Below, in pieces: positions 20,036-28,958 of a stretch of 64,000 bases of DNA; positions within the stretch are counted from its first letter, which is position 1, and each line of letters opens with the position of its first letter. This stretch comes from Myxococcota bacterium (GTDB taxonomy: Bacteria > Myxococcota_A > UBA9160 > UBA6930). Both the position numbers and the translations under genes were made by a program. The notes under the pieces are model-generated. The model had not been told where the DNA came from and searched no databases. It saw only the letters and a program-made list of their open reading frames with translations. The stretch lies in NCBI GenBank assembly GCA_965223705.1, contig OZ245015.1:4343206-4407205 (forward strand), read 5' to 3'.

Positions 20036-21399
20036 CCGCCGCCGGCACGCGACAGCGTGTCGTCGAGCGCTTGGCCGACGCGCGACACGATTTCGTCGAT
20101 CTCGAAATCCTGAACGATCAGGGGCGGCGCGATGACGAGGCTTCGCCCCGCCGGCCGGGTGACCACCCCTTTGGCCAACAGCGACTCGTACGCGAGTTCC
20201 ATGAGGGCGTCCGCATCGTCGTTGATGATCTCATCGTTTGCGTCCCGTCGTAGGAAATCGACACACGCGCCGAGCCCGACATTGCGCACGTCACCCACCA
20301 GCGGGTGATCCGAAAACTGCCCGAGGCCTTCTCCCAACCTCTCTCCCATGCGTCGCGCGTGTTCGACGAGATTGTCGCGCTCGATGATCTCGATCACCTT
20401 GAGGGCCGCGGCGGCGCCGACGGGATGGGCGGCGAACGTCGCCGCGTGCGCCAACGTGCCCACTTTTTCGGACCCGGAATCCAGCGCCGCGTAGAGATCT
20501 TCGCCGAGCACGAACGCCGAAAGCGGGAAATACCCGGACGTTACGCCTTTGGCGATCGTCATGTGATCGGGGTTCAGGCCCAATGTCTCGGTGCCGAAGA
20601 GGTTCCCAGTTCGCCCGAAGCCCGTGACGACCTCGTCGATCAGAAGGTCGGCACCGTGCTCCTTGAGGACGCCCTGAAGCGCGGGAAAGTATTCGCGCGG
20701 CGGTACTTTGAATCCCGACGAAAAGCTGATCGGCTCGGCGATCATCGCCGCGATGCTTCCCTCGGGTTCCCGCTCGATCAGCTCCCGCAACTCCGCCGCG
20801 CGACGGGTTGCGAAGTCCGCGCCGGTTTCGCCGGGCGCGCGCTCGCCGTGATAGTCAGCTTGGCCGACGTGACGAAAGCCTTCGAGGGGGAGACCGAATT
20901 CTTCGTGGTGCCCCCCGGTGACACTCGCGGAAGCCAGGGTGCCGCCGTGGTAGCTGCCGTGGCGACCGATGATGGTCTTTCGTCCGGGCTCGCCTCGCGC
21001 TACCGCGCCGAACCGCATGAGCTTGATGGCGTAGTCGATGGCCTCGGAGCCGGAGACCGCGAACACGACGTGCGCGTTGTGCACCGGAACGATCTCCACC
21101 AATTTTTCGGCCAACTCGAGCGACGTCCTACTCGTCCGGTTCATTCCACACACGAAGAACGGCAGTTCCCGGTACTGGGCCGCGATGGCGTCGATCAATT
21201 CTTCGTTCTGGTAACCGAGTGCTGAGACATAGAACGACGAGGTCGCTTCGATGTATTCCCGCCCCTCCGTATCGTATACATAGATGCCTTTCCCGCTCTC
21301 GATCACGCGGGTGATCGCGCTCGTATTCTCCGAAACGCGTTGGAAGCCGATCAGCAGCGGAAGGCGCTCGTCATCCAACATCGGTTGAGGTGTGGCCAC
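20032..21399 (-). CDS. class-III (omega-type) pyridoxal-phosphate aminotransferase
   Basis: 455 aa with SGSEAIDYAIKL and DEVVTGFGRTG, which are blocks of the aspartate aminotransferase family, class III. Confidence 0.85.
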   Translation of the reverse strand: MATPQPMLDDERLPLLIGFQRVSENTSAITRVIESGKGIYVYDTEGREYIEATSSFYVSALGYQNEELIDAIAAQYRELPFFVCGMNRTSRTSLELAEKLVEIVPVHNAHVVFAVSGSEAIDYAIKLMRFGAVARGEPGRKTIIGRHGSYHGGTLASASVTGGHHEEFGLPLEGFRHVGQADYHGERAPGETGADFATRRAAELRELIEREPEGSIAAMIAEPISFSSGFKVPPREYFPALQGVLKEHGADLLIDEVVTGFGRTGNLFGTETLGLNPDHMTIAKGVTSGYFPLSAFVLGEDLYAALDSGSEKVGTLAHAATFAAHPVGAAAALKVIEIIERDNLVEHARRMGERLGEGLGQFSDHPLVGDVRNVGLGACVDFLRRDANDEIINDDADALMELAYESLLAKGVVTRPAGRSLVIAPPLIVQDFEIDEIVSRVGQALDDTLSRAGGG

Positions 21400-21409
21400 G
21401 GAGTCTCCT

Positions 21410-23212
21410 TCAGCGCGCGCTCTCGAGCGACGCGCGCCTTCGTTTCGTTGCAGACTGATCGACCGAAAGCGTCTCGTCTGCGATAGAGCCCGAGAACTCG
21501 ACCCCGTAGACCTCGTTCGCTTGATCGATCGAAACGTAGCTTTCGATCACGTCTTCGAGCACGGCGGCGGGATCGCGCTCGAGCGGATCCCCGTAGCCAC
21601 CACCCGCGACTTCGAGTCCCGACAACCACTGGTGCTTTCGCAGTTCGATCTGTCCGACGCTCGGCGCCTCCGAGCGATTGCCGTGTTCGTCGACAACAAA
21701 CATCCGACCCACGTTGCCGTCGCCACCGCCTCGGACACCGCGCGGCGGATTGACTTGGCCGTCGGCGGCGAATACGACCGTCATCGGGTGGTGACTCGGT
21801 CCGTACGTGAGCTGCACGCCCGGCGCACCGCGGTGCGTGCCGGGGCCGCACGCGTCTTGCGTCAGGCGGATTTCTCTAAAGTGGATCGGATAACTCAGCT
21901 CGTTGATTTCGACGCTGTCGCGGTACATCAAGCCGGCGACCACTGGAATACCGTACGTGATCCAGCCATCCGAGTCCGGTGAACCCGGTCCGCCGTTGTT
22001 CCCGATGATGAGTTGGTTCACGTACGGATGATCGTCGTGACGCGCGTCCTTTCCCGAGATCACGCTGAAGCCTGCCCCCATGCCGATCCCGCCCTCGGCG
22101 AGGCCGTGGCCGGGGCCGAGATCGGCGAGTGCCGCTTGCACGTTGTTCAGCAAGCGCTCCGAAATGTTCGTGGTCGCGACCGAGCAGCTGTGCGGAAACT
22201 CAGGGATTCCGATCGCTGCACCTTCGCGCAACTTCATTCGAATGCACCGATAGGAACCGCCGTTGCGCGGGATATCGGATGGCAGACAGTTGTAGACCCC
22301 CGCCACCGAGTTGCTGATCGAGCACGCGTGGGACAGATTGAGCCCGTTCTCCATGTTGTCGATGTTCGAAGTCAGATCGATCTCGATCACGCCCTCTTTC
22401 GGGTCGACCACGAGCCTGACGCGAACGGGGATGCCATCGGGAAGTAGCGGCGGCATCGGGTCGTGAAAGCTCTCGCGCGAAATCTCGGCTCCCGGAAGGT
22501 CGGCAATCGCCTGGCGCATACGCACTTCACTGTAGTCGAACCACTCTTTGATGAACTGCTTGATCGTCGCCTTCCCGTACTTGCGAAAGATGTCGTGGAT
22601 CCGCTTTTCACCGGTTCGTGCGGACCCGAGCATCGACAGAAAATCACCGTGCCAATAGTCGGGCACGCGGATCCGCCGCTGACACATCCGGATGATGTCA
22701 TCGATCATCTCGTAGTCGCGCTGTACGCGGACCGCCGGGAAGATCAACGCCCCTTCTTCATAGACGTCTTTCGCCGCGGCGTGATAGGTCGTCGGAAGAC
22801 TGTTACCGATGTCCGCTTGGTGAGCCTTTGCGCAAACGTTGAACAGATGTTCGCCTTCCCAGAACACAGGAACGATGATCGTGTGGTCCGCGGGATGGGA
22901 GTTCCCCGCGTAGGGGTCGTTGTGTAGATAGGCGTCGCCCGGAGCGATGTCGTCGTGAAACTCACACATGGCGGCGCTCTGAAGGTTCAAGCCGTAGGTG
23001 TGCGCCGGCAAGCCCTCGGCCGTGGCAAAGAGCTCGTTGTCTCCCGTTGTGATTCCACAGGAAAAATCGCGCGCGCTGTTGATCACCGCGGAACGGCCGG
23101 TGCGGAGCATGGTGTTCGTCATTTCGCGCACGACACCGTCGAAACGGTTCGCCAACACGGCGAGCAACATCGGAGAGAGCGCCTCGGTACCTACCTTGAG
23201 ATCACCGTCCAT
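21410..23212 (-). CDS. hydantoinase B/oxoprolinase family protein (HyuB-type subunit)
   Basis: 600 aa. The N-terminus LLAVLANRFDGVVREMTNTMLRTGRSAVINSARDFSCGI is characteristic of the family. Confidence 0.85.
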   Translation of the reverse strand: MDGDLKVGTEALSPMLLAVLANRFDGVVREMTNTMLRTGRSAVINSARDFSCGITTGDNELFATAEGLPAHTYGLNLQSAAMCEFHDDIAPGDAYLHNDPYAGNSHPADHTIIVPVFWEGEHLFNVCAKAHQADIGNSLPTTYHAAAKDVYEEGALIFPAVRVQRDYEMIDDIIRMCQRRIRVPDYWHGDFLSMLGSARTGEKRIHDIFRKYGKATIKQFIKEWFDYSEVRMRQAIADLPGAEISRESFHDPMPPLLPDGIPVRVRLVVDPKEGVIEIDLTSNIDNMENGLNLSHACSISNSVAGVYNCLPSDIPRNGGSYRCIRMKLREGAAIGIPEFPHSCSVATTNISERLLNNVQAALADLGPGHGLAEGGIGMGAGFSVISGKDARHDDHPYVNQLIIGNNGGPGSPDSDGWITYGIPVVAGLMYRDSVEINELSYPIHFREIRLTQDACGPGTHRGAPGVQLTYGPSHHPMTVVFAADGQVNPPRGVRGGGDGNVGRMFVVDEHGNRSEAPSVGQIELRKHQWLSGLEVAGGGYGDPLERDPAAVLEDVIESYVSIDQANEVYGVEFSGSIADETLSVDQSATKRRRASLESAR

Positions 23213-23227
23213 GTCGGTCCTCCGCGA

Positions 23228-25321
23228 CTACCCCTGGTCCCACGAAATCACGTAGCTTCCGGCGGCGCTCAGTTGCGCCCGGGCACCGGGAGGTAAAACA
23301 ATCGTCGTCGTCGCTTCCTCGACGATCGCCGGCCCGTCGATGACATCGCCGAGTTTGACGGAATCGCCTCTCAGGATTGCTGTAGGCCGGGTTTCATCCA
23401 GATCGAACATCGCGTCACGCACGCCTAGAGACCCTCCGACGACTTCTTGACCGTCCGCTCGGTGACTCGACTGCGGCAGATGAACCGCGAGGCGTCCCGT
23501 CCAGTTCAGGAACTCGATCGGAGAGTTGCGATCCTCGACACTGAAGATGCGGCGGTGGTTCGCATGAAACGCCTCGATCAGCTCGTCGACTTGTCGATCG
23601 GAGTCGAGCCGGTTTCCCCGGAGCGTCACGGGGATATCCCACACCTGCGCCGCGTAGTGTGCATCGACGCGATACTCGATCGAGTGATCGGTAAAACCGC
23701 GCGAGGAGAGCTGCTTCGCGAAACCCGTAAGCTCTTCCTCAATCGCCTGCAGCCCCGCGTTGACCGCGTCGCGATCGAAGTGGTCCGATCGCGTCGGCAC
23801 CGTGGTCGTCGCTTCGGTCTGAATGTCGGAGAATTGCATGCCACAGGCGGACAACACACTCGCCGTCCGCGGAATAATGACGTTGCGACACTTGAGCTCT
23901 CGCGCGATGGGCATGATCCCGAGGCCTGCAGCACCCCCGCCGGCGACGACGACCGTTTCGGCTGGATCGATCCCTTCGCTGACGGTGATGTCTTTGATCG
24001 CGTTGATCATCGTTTCGTTCGACACGGCGAAGACGGAGTAGGCCGCAGCGGAGACGCTGATTCCGAGCGGTTCGGCGATCGTCGCGAGCGCTGCTTTCGC
24101 CGCCGCTAAATCGAGTTTCATACGACCACCGAGAAAGTAGTCGGGATCGATATAGCCGAGCACCAACGCCGCGTCGGTGACCGTCGGATCTTTACCGCCC
24201 ATGCCGTAGCAAGCCGGGCCGGGGTTCGCGCCCGCGCTCTCGGGCCCCACCTTGAGGAGCCCAGCAGAGTCGAGCCAGGCGATCGAGCCGCCGCCAGCAC
24301 CGACGCTGCGAGCGTCTACGGCCGGAATGCCCAACATGTGGCCGGTGAAACGCTCGCCCAACCAGGTTTCCTGGGTGATTGTGATGTTGCCGTCTCGCAC
24401 CAGGCTGACATCAAACGTGGTGCCGCCCGTGTCGACGACGAGCACCGATTCGGCCTTGCCCTCGAGCTCCGCATAGCGCCGACCCGCCACCGGACCCATG
24501 GCCGGCCCGGAGCGAACCGTATGGATGGGTTTTGCGACGACGCTTTCGACGTCGAGACAACCGCCGATGGTCGTGCTGACCAGGATTTCGCCCGCGTAGC
24601 CTTCCGCGCGCAGATCTTCTCGCAAATCGTTCAAGTGCGACTGCATGAGCGGCTTGATCGAAGCATCGATGGCGACGGACGACGCGCGCCGGTATTCGCG
24701 CAAGATCGGATTGAGCTGATGGCTCAAGGTGAACGCCACACCCGGGAGCTCCGACGCGATCAGTTCGCCGAGGCGGATCTCGTGCGCGGGATTGGCCGTC
24801 GCCCAGAGGAGCGAGACCGCGCACGCTTCAAAGCCTCGCTCCCGGATCTCCGCCAACACGCCTCGCGCCTGCCGTTCGTCGAGCGGGGTGTAGACGTCGC
24901 CTTGTGCGTCCATTCGTTCGTCGATTTCGAACGTGTAGCGACGCGGGACATAGGGCTTCGGGAACGGCTTCGAGAAATCGTGCGGGTCGAACTTGCCGCC
25001 CTCGCGGAGGACCAGCACATCGGGAAATCCAGCCGTCGTGAGAAAGGCCGTCTTGGCGACGTTCCCGGTGACGATCGCGTTGGTTGCGCGTGTCGTTCCG
25101 TAGACGAAGAGCTCGGCGTTGGCCAGCACATCGGCGAGTGACAAGCCGAGCTCCCCTGCCGCGGTTTCAAGGGCGGCCTTCAGCCCATTGAAGATGCGAT
25201 CGCGGGTGGTTAGGGCCTTCCCGATGGTGAAGCGACCGCTCGCGTCGGCGATCACCACGTCGGTGAACGTGCCGCCCGTGTCGACGCTGATCCGCCAGCC
25301 AACGGATGATTGTTGATCCAT
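23228..25321 (-). CDS. hydantoinase/oxoprolinase family protein (HyuA-type subunit)
   Basis: 697 aa. The N-terminus ISVDTGGTFTDVV and a second VVDTGGTTFDVSL actin-like ATPase motif fit the family. Confidence 0.85.
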   Translation of the reverse strand: MDQQSSVGWRISVDTGGTFTDVVIADASGRFTIGKALTTRDRIFNGLKAALETAAGELGLSLADVLANAELFVYGTTRATNAIVTGNVAKTAFLTTAGFPDVLVLREGGKFDPHDFSKPFPKPYVPRRYTFEIDERMDAQGDVYTPLDERQARGVLAEIRERGFEACAVSLLWATANPAHEIRLGELIASELPGVAFTLSHQLNPILREYRRASSVAIDASIKPLMQSHLNDLREDLRAEGYAGEILVSTTIGGCLDVESVVAKPIHTVRSGPAMGPVAGRRYAELEGKAESVLVVDTGGTTFDVSLVRDGNITITQETWLGERFTGHMLGIPAVDARSVGAGGGSIAWLDSAGLLKVGPESAGANPGPACYGMGGKDPTVTDAALVLGYIDPDYFLGGRMKLDLAAAKAALATIAEPLGISVSAAAYSVFAVSNETMINAIKDITVSEGIDPAETVVVAGGGAAGLGIMPIARELKCRNVIIPRTASVLSACGMQFSDIQTEATTTVPTRSDHFDRDAVNAGLQAIEEELTGFAKQLSSRGFTDHSIEYRVDAHYAAQVWDIPVTLRGNRLDSDRQVDELIEAFHANHRRIFSVEDRNSPIEFLNWTGRLAVHLPQSSHRADGQEVVGGSLGVRDAMFDLDETRPTAILRGDSVKLGDVIDGPAIVEEATTTIVLPPGARAQLSAAGSYVISWDQG

Positions 25322-25367
25322 GGGCTACCTCGAGGGCCCATTACAGCACAATTTTCTGGGCCCTGAT

Positions 25368-26426
25368 CTAAGCGCCGACCTCGGGATAGTGCGTCGCCAT
25401 ATTCTCGGGGTAGCTGCGGGCGAAGTAGTTCCAGAGTTGCTCGCCGTAGACCGCGGGCCGATGGCGCGATTGCATGTCCCCGACGCCGGCCTCGTTTTCC
25501 TCTTTTCGCGCCATGAAGCCCGCTCCGGCGTGTCGCGGACTCGCCGCCACCGCTCGGGCGAACTCTTCCGAGAGCGGCAGCGGCGAAAGCGGCGTGTCGA
25601 GAGACGGCCCGTGGAAGTAGCCGGCCGAATAGCGCGTTTCCGTCGTAATCACCCGATGGGGCGTCGCGACGAAGTAATTGCCCGTCATTCCCTGCAGCAT
25701 TTCACCGAGGTTGATCACCAGCCCGTCGGGGACGGTCTGAACGGGTACCCAGCTCCCGTCGCTCGACTCGATCTGAAGCCCCGGAGTCGGACCGGGCGCG
25801 AGGATGGTGAGAAAACCCGTGTCGTGGTGCGCGTTGACGCCGGCTCCGCCGGCGGGAGTCGCCGGGTAGCGAATGAGTTTCGTAAGCGACATCGACTCGC
25901 CTTCGAAAAGATCGTTCAAATAGCCTTCGTCGAGGCCCAGCCCGAGCGAAAAGATCGCCATGAGTTCTCGCGCCAGCGCGTCGCATCGGGAGAACCAGGC
26001 CTCGACGTGCGCCTGAAAGCCCGGAAGCACGTCATCCGGCAGCCACTGATTCGGGCCGAGCAAACGGAGATACGAAGGCGTCACATCGGGCGGGCGCGCG
26101 GGATTCTCTGTCCAGAGGTCGACCTGCTCTCGGATATCGGGGCGCCCGTTCGTGTATTCGGCCCCGAGGTCTTCCCAGCCCCGAAAGTGTCGCGAGTACC
26201 GCTTGTCGATCCGCGCCTTTTGCTCTCGGGGAAGCGCGAACAAGCGCTTCATCAGATCGAAGGTCTCCGCGAGAAACTCCCGGGAAATGCCGTGATTCGT
26301 GACGATGAGAAAGCCCACGTGGTGGCAGATCTCGCGGACTTCGTCCGCGAGATTCGCCCGGTCGGCGGGAACTCCCCGCCAGCGGCTGAGATCCACCACC
26401 GGAACCTTTGCTGCGTCCTCTGCCAT
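25368..26426 (-). CDS. 2-oxoglutarate/Fe(II)-dependent oxygenase (isopenicillin-N-synthase family)
   Basis: Track ORF 25368..26558. I moved the start to the ATG at 26426 (MAEDAAKVPVVDLS). It carries the HxD...H facial triad (NAHHDTG, ATPHRV) and RYSAGYF (RxS). Confidence 0.8.
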   Translation of the reverse strand: MAEDAAKVPVVDLSRWRGVPADRANLADEVREICHHVGFLIVTNHGISREFLAETFDLMKRLFALPREQKARIDKRYSRHFRGWEDLGAEYTNGRPDIREQVDLWTENPARPPDVTPSYLRLLGPNQWLPDDVLPGFQAHVEAWFSRCDALARELMAIFSLGLGLDEGYLNDLFEGESMSLTKLIRYPATPAGGAGVNAHHDTGFLTILAPGPTPGLQIESSDGSWVPVQTVPDGLVINLGEMLQGMTGNYFVATPHRVITTETRYSAGYFHGPSLDTPLSPLPLSEEFARAVAASPRHAGAGFMARKEENEAGVGDMQSRHRPAVYGEQLWNYFARSYPENMATHYPEVGA

Positions 26427-26475
26427 GCGTCTTAGTCTAGTCGAAGAAGGATCGCCGGGCGGCCCCGTGCTCCCG

Positions 26476-27630
26476 TTAGCGCTGCCGTTGTGCTTCCTCC
26501 GCACCGCGCAGCGATATCCGTACCCGCTCGGGGTTGATATCGACGATGGACAGGTCATTGGGCTTCTTCACATCGTCCACGGACACCGAGAAGGTCCTTC
26601 GACCGAGTCTCGCGAGGTAGGCGTCGATCTCGACGGAGACGCCGTCCTGTTCCGTGAGCAGAAAATCGCGCCGCTGCCCCCGCAGCTTCACTTCGAGCGT
26701 GCCGGGCTGCACCGACTCGAGGACGAGATCGTCGGGGAGATTGTTGATGCGAACCGAGGCGGTGACCGTCGCTTCGTGAAGATCTGAGCCGAACACAAAG
26801 AGAACCCACAACGCGACCGATCCGGCGATCGCGAACAGCGCGTCTCTCCGGCCGTACCACCAGGGCGCGGCCTCGTCGGACTCATCGTCGTCGGCCCCGC
26901 GAAGCTCCAGTGCGAGATCTTCGGGGCGGGACAACACGCGCAGCTGACCACCGCGTGCCACCGATACCGTCCCGCGTTCCTCAGAAACCGCGATGCAGAT
27001 CGCGTCGCAACGTTCGGAGAGCCCCAGAGCGGCTGCGTGTCGTGTGCCGCCCGCGCCGAGCTCTGCGTGATTCCCGGAAAGCGGCAGGTGGATTGCGAAG
27101 CGCTCGACGACGTCTCCGCGAATCAGCACCGCGCCGTCGTGCCCCGGCGAGCTCGCATCGAAGATCGACAGCAGCAAGGGCTCGCTGAGCCGGCCCGCAA
27201 GACGCACCCCGCCTTCGAGGTAGCGGTCGAGCGTCTCCTCCCCGGGAAGAACGATCAGGGCTCCCGTACGCGTGGACGCAAGGCGCGCGACCGTCCTCAC
27301 GAGTGAATCGTGAGCCTCGTCGTCGACGGGCGCCTGAGTCTGCCCGGGGCGGAACCTGCCGAGTTGTTCAAACACCCGCCGCAAGTCGTCTTGAAAGACC
27401 ACGACGAGTATCAAGACGAGCACCGCGAAAAACGCCCGGAGAATCGAAGCCGTGACTTCGAGCTCCAACCTCGTCGCGAAGAAGTAGATCGCTCCGAGGA
27501 CCGCGAGCCCGACGACAGCCGCCCGGGCGTGCGTCGCCCGCATGTAGCGGATCAGTAGCCAGCCGAGCGCCGCAACGATCGCGATGTCGAGGACGTCGAG
27601 CCAACCAGGTATGGGGAACCAAACAGGCAT
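26476..27630 (-). CDS. cdaA: diadenylate cyclase CdaA fused to a C-terminal TM segment plus YbbR-like (CdaR-type) domain
   Basis: Track ORF 26476..28149. I moved the start to the ATG at 27630 (MPVWFPIPGW). It has three N-terminal TM helices and the DAC motifs SPGHDGAV and GTRHAAA (the RHR position reads RHA). A TM segment LFAIAGSVALWVLFVF then precedes one YbbR-like repeat (VTASVRINNLPDDLVLESVQPGTLEVKLRG...IVDINPERVRISL). Confidence 0.8.
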   Translation of the reverse strand: MPVWFPIPGWLDVLDIAIVAALGWLLIRYMRATHARAAVVGLAVLGAIYFFATRLELEVTASILRAFFAVLVLILVVVFQDDLRRVFEQLGRFRPGQTQAPVDDEAHDSLVRTVARLASTRTGALIVLPGEETLDRYLEGGVRLAGRLSEPLLLSIFDASSPGHDGAVLIRGDVVERFAIHLPLSGNHAELGAGGTRHAAALGLSERCDAICIAVSEERGTVSVARGGQLRVLSRPEDLALELRGADDDESDEAAPWWYGRRDALFAIAGSVALWVLFVFGSDLHEATVTASVRINNLPDDLVLESVQPGTLEVKLRGQRRDFLLTEQDGVSVEIDAYLARLGRRTFSVSVDDVKKPNDLSIVDINPERVRISLRGAEEAQRQR

Positions 27631-27653
27631 AGAATCAATCGCCGGATTCGGTG

Positions 27654-28958
27654 CTAGATCTTCGACATCAGCAGAGTCGCTATACCGAGGAAACTGAAGA
27701 AGCCCACCACGTCGGTCACGGTCGTCAAGATGATAGACGAAGATTGGGCCGGGTCCTGGCGCAGTGCAGTGAGAACCATCGGGATCACCGCACCGGACAA
27801 GCCCGCCAACGTCATCGACAACACCATCGAGAGCCCGATGACGAGACCGAGGCCCCATGATTGGCTCCAGAAATAGACGGCTACCGAGGTGGTCAACGCG
27901 ACGGCCACCCCGTTTCCCGCGCCGGCGAGCATTTCCTTCGCGGAGACTTTGAGCCAGTGCCGTGTGCGGACCTCCCGCAAGGCCAATCCCCGCATCGTCA
28001 CGGCAAGCGCCTGTGCACCCGTATTTCCAGATTGGCCGGCCACGACGGGAAGGAGGACTGCAAGCGCTGTCACAGTCGCGATGGTCTCTTCGAAGAGACC
28101 GACCACCGTCGCGGCGAGAAAGGCGGTGAGTAAGTTGACTTGCAGCCAAGGCAAGCGTTTCCGAATCGCGAACAGCGGCGAAGAGAGGGCACGCTCTTGG
28201 TCGCTGGCGCCGACCATGGTGATCGCACTGGCCAGTGCCCGCTCTTGGGCTGCCTGTACGAGCTCTTGTTGGCGCAGCACCCCCATGAGACGACCGTCGA
28301 TGTCGACGACCGGAAGGCTGCCGACGCGCTGCGCTTCGAAGGTTTGAACGATCTCATCGCGGGAAGCTACGACGGGCACGCTGACCGGCGTGCCTCTCAC
28401 CAGACTGTCGAGCCTCACGCCATCCTCGGCCAGTACGATCGATTCCAGGGGAACGGATCCCTGAAGCACACCGTCGGCGTTGACAACGAAGACATCTTGA
28501 TCGCGACGGCTTCGAAAAGTCTTCAACCGTTTCACCACATCCTGTGTGGAGGCATCCGGTCGGAAGCTCGTCGCCCGCGGATCCATCAGGGAGCCGGCGG
28601 TTTCGGGCGGGTACTCGAGTAGCGCACGCAGCTCCTCGGCCAGATCGTGATCGAGGACCTCGAGGCAGCGTTCCAGCTCATCGGGGTTGAGTCGCGCGAG
28701 CATCGCGGCCGCTCGGTTCTGGCTCAACGCCGAAAGAACCTCGCGCCGACCGGTTTCCGAGAGGCTTGCGACAATCCGGGAGGCGCGGTCCGGAGTCAGT
28801 CGCCCGATCACAGGCAGCATGACCGCCGCGCCGAGGGTCTCGAGAAAGGCGGCAGATTCGGCATCGTCGCCCGTTTCGATCAGCCGGGCCGTGGCGTCCG
28901 GCTCGGCGATCGCGAGGAGCGAGGCCAACGCGCGATCCGCGTTCTCCGAATCAGGCAC
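27654..28958 (-). CDS. mgtE: magnesium transporter MgtE
   Basis: Track ORF 27654..29228. It has an MgtE_N region, a CBS pair and a five-helix MgtE membrane domain (LLPVVAGQSGNTGAQALAVTMRGLAL, ILTTVTDVVGFFSFLG). I propose the GTG at 28958 as the start; it is preceded by GGAGAAGGGGA. The ATG of MLPVIG is an alternative start. Confidence 0.85.
   Translation of the reverse strand: MPDSENADRALASLLAIAEPDATARLIETGDDAESAAFLETLGAAVMLPVIGRLTPDRASRIVASLSETGRREVLSALSQNRAAAMLARLNPDELERCLEVLDHDLAEELRALLEYPPETAGSLMDPRATSFRPDASTQDVVKRLKTFRSRRDQDVFVVNADGVLQGSVPLESIVLAEDGVRLDSLVRGTPVSVPVVASRDEIVQTFEAQRVGSLPVVDIDGRLMGVLRQQELVQAAQERALASAITMVGASDQERALSSPLFAIRKRLPWLQVNLLTAFLAATVVGLFEETIATVTALAVLLPVVAGQSGNTGAQALAVTMRGLALREVRTRHWLKVSAKEMLAGAGNGVAVALTTSVAVYFWSQSWGLGLVIGLSMVLSMTLAGLSGAVIPMVLTALRQDPAQSSSIILTTVTDVVGFFSFLGIATLLMSKI

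Noticed and set aside
27631-27653. Riboswitch leaders (M-box or ydaO/kimA-type c-di-AMP riboswitch) in front of mgtE or cdaA
   Set aside because: The spacers inside the operon are 23 nt or shorter, or the genes overlap, so there is no room for a riboswitch aptamer. I did not recognise one upstream of rimK either.
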